Assembly (NCBI RefSeq): GCF_026571515.1
Contig: NW_026859508.1
Coordinates: forward strand, 62,001-126,000
DNA: 64,000 nucleotides
Source of the DNA: Ruditapes philippinarum
Lineage: Eukaryota
Direction: 5' to 3'
In this document: piece by piece, positions 63,144 through 64,000 of the stretch
How the letters are laid out: each line of letters starts with the position of its first letter
How positions within the stretch are numbered: the first letter of the stretch is position 1
The notes under the pieces: model-generated
The model's database searches: none
Seen by the model: only the letters and a program-made list of their open reading frames with translations
Told to the model about the DNA's origin: nothing
Translations under genes and position numbers: made by a program

Positions 63144-63960
63144 CTCCCATTCTCTCTTTCTACACCGCACAGTTTGAGCTGGTACATTCTTAAAGGATGC
63201 TTATCTATCCAATGTGCGTCAATCTTTGTACCCCTGTCATTCCTTTATTTATTGCGAATTTAACAGATGTTCTATAGTTTTTTATGATTGTTTAATATTG
63301 ATTTGCTACTTTGCCATTGCCTGAGTCGTGGTAAGCCCTTGCCTCCCCAATCATGTAATGCAGTATCTTTCAAGTTTGTGGTTCTGAAATTTGGCTTGAA
63401 TTAAGGGCGGGCGCCGAGTTTAATTAAGAATTCCGAGCCCCGCTATCAGCGTGTATTTGTCGCGCGACCTGCCAAGCGAAGTCGATATATTACACGTTGA
63501 AATTAGGTCGCGGGCACAAATGTTAATTGTGGGTGGCTAATTAGGTGTTTTCGCTACGGGGCGCGCCTTTTTTTCTTATCTCTCCTCGCCATGGGGCAAA
63601 GTTTTTTTTCTACTTCGCGCCTGCGCCCTCACTTAATTGCGTGTTTTGGCCGACCTGTGTTTTAATTTGTTATGTTTTTCGATTTTCGTTTTGCGGGGTC
63701 GGCGGTTATTTAACTTATGGCCCAATCTCGCAAATATTTTAACTGTATTTTGAATTATAGAATCTTACTGTTATACTTTATGTCTGCTATATCATCGATA
63801 AAAATCTTTAAATTAAAGGCTGGTCATAAATAAACTAAATTCCACTCTCATTTTCAAAGGGCTTTTAATGTCTTCCTCGGCTTCTCAATCCTTTTTAAAG
63901 TTCCCTAAAAGTTTTTGCTGTCACACACCTTCTCTCCCTATCGCATCTTGCACTTGTTGA
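63144..63960 (-). CDS. DFFB: Probable DFFB CIDE-N exons (~63960-63878 and ~63271-63144), indel-ridden
   Basis: Minus-strand fragments across frames read VQDA/DRERR/VTAKTFREL/KG and GTKID/SFKNVPAQTV/EWE+GT donor. These match CIDE-N (KV....R...GV.A.sl.EL..KG; DGT.VD...F..LP..T....W) in the expected order. Confidence 0.6.
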
Positions 63961-64000
63961 CGATTCAATTGATTAATGACGAACTTGTTAGATTCTTGGT

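Overview
AT-rich, intron-rich animal genomic DNA, most likely from a bivalve mollusc (inferred from gene content and repeat families; not proven). I can reconstruct four protein-coding genes by hand. (1) 537-23107 (+): a 5'-incomplete, ~25-exon GRL101-like/type-C LGR of >1,870 aa. Its mosaic architecture is CUB-CUB-C-type lectin-kringle-LDLa x4-fibrinogen/Caspr-like module-LDLa x2-degenerate VWA-LDLa-LRR-7TM, ending in an intracellular truncated pseudokinase. (2,3) 24392-30433 and 35875-42229 (+): two tandem, divergent Shaw-like Kv channel paralogues with a non-canonical S6 gate (TLP instead of PVP). One is garbled by apparent low-quality sequence and the other has one frameshift. (4) 56097-~63960 (-): DFFB/CAD caspase-activated DNase, whose CIDE-N exons lie in error-rich sequence. 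Introns and intergenic DNA carry tRNA-derived SINEs, palindromic MITEs, TTAA-flanked Kolobok-like elements, long foldback elements and five Helentron/HINE-type elements with internal satellite-like arrays. There is one assembly gap (22810-22991). Exon boundaries were inferred by eye from splice sites and phase continuity.
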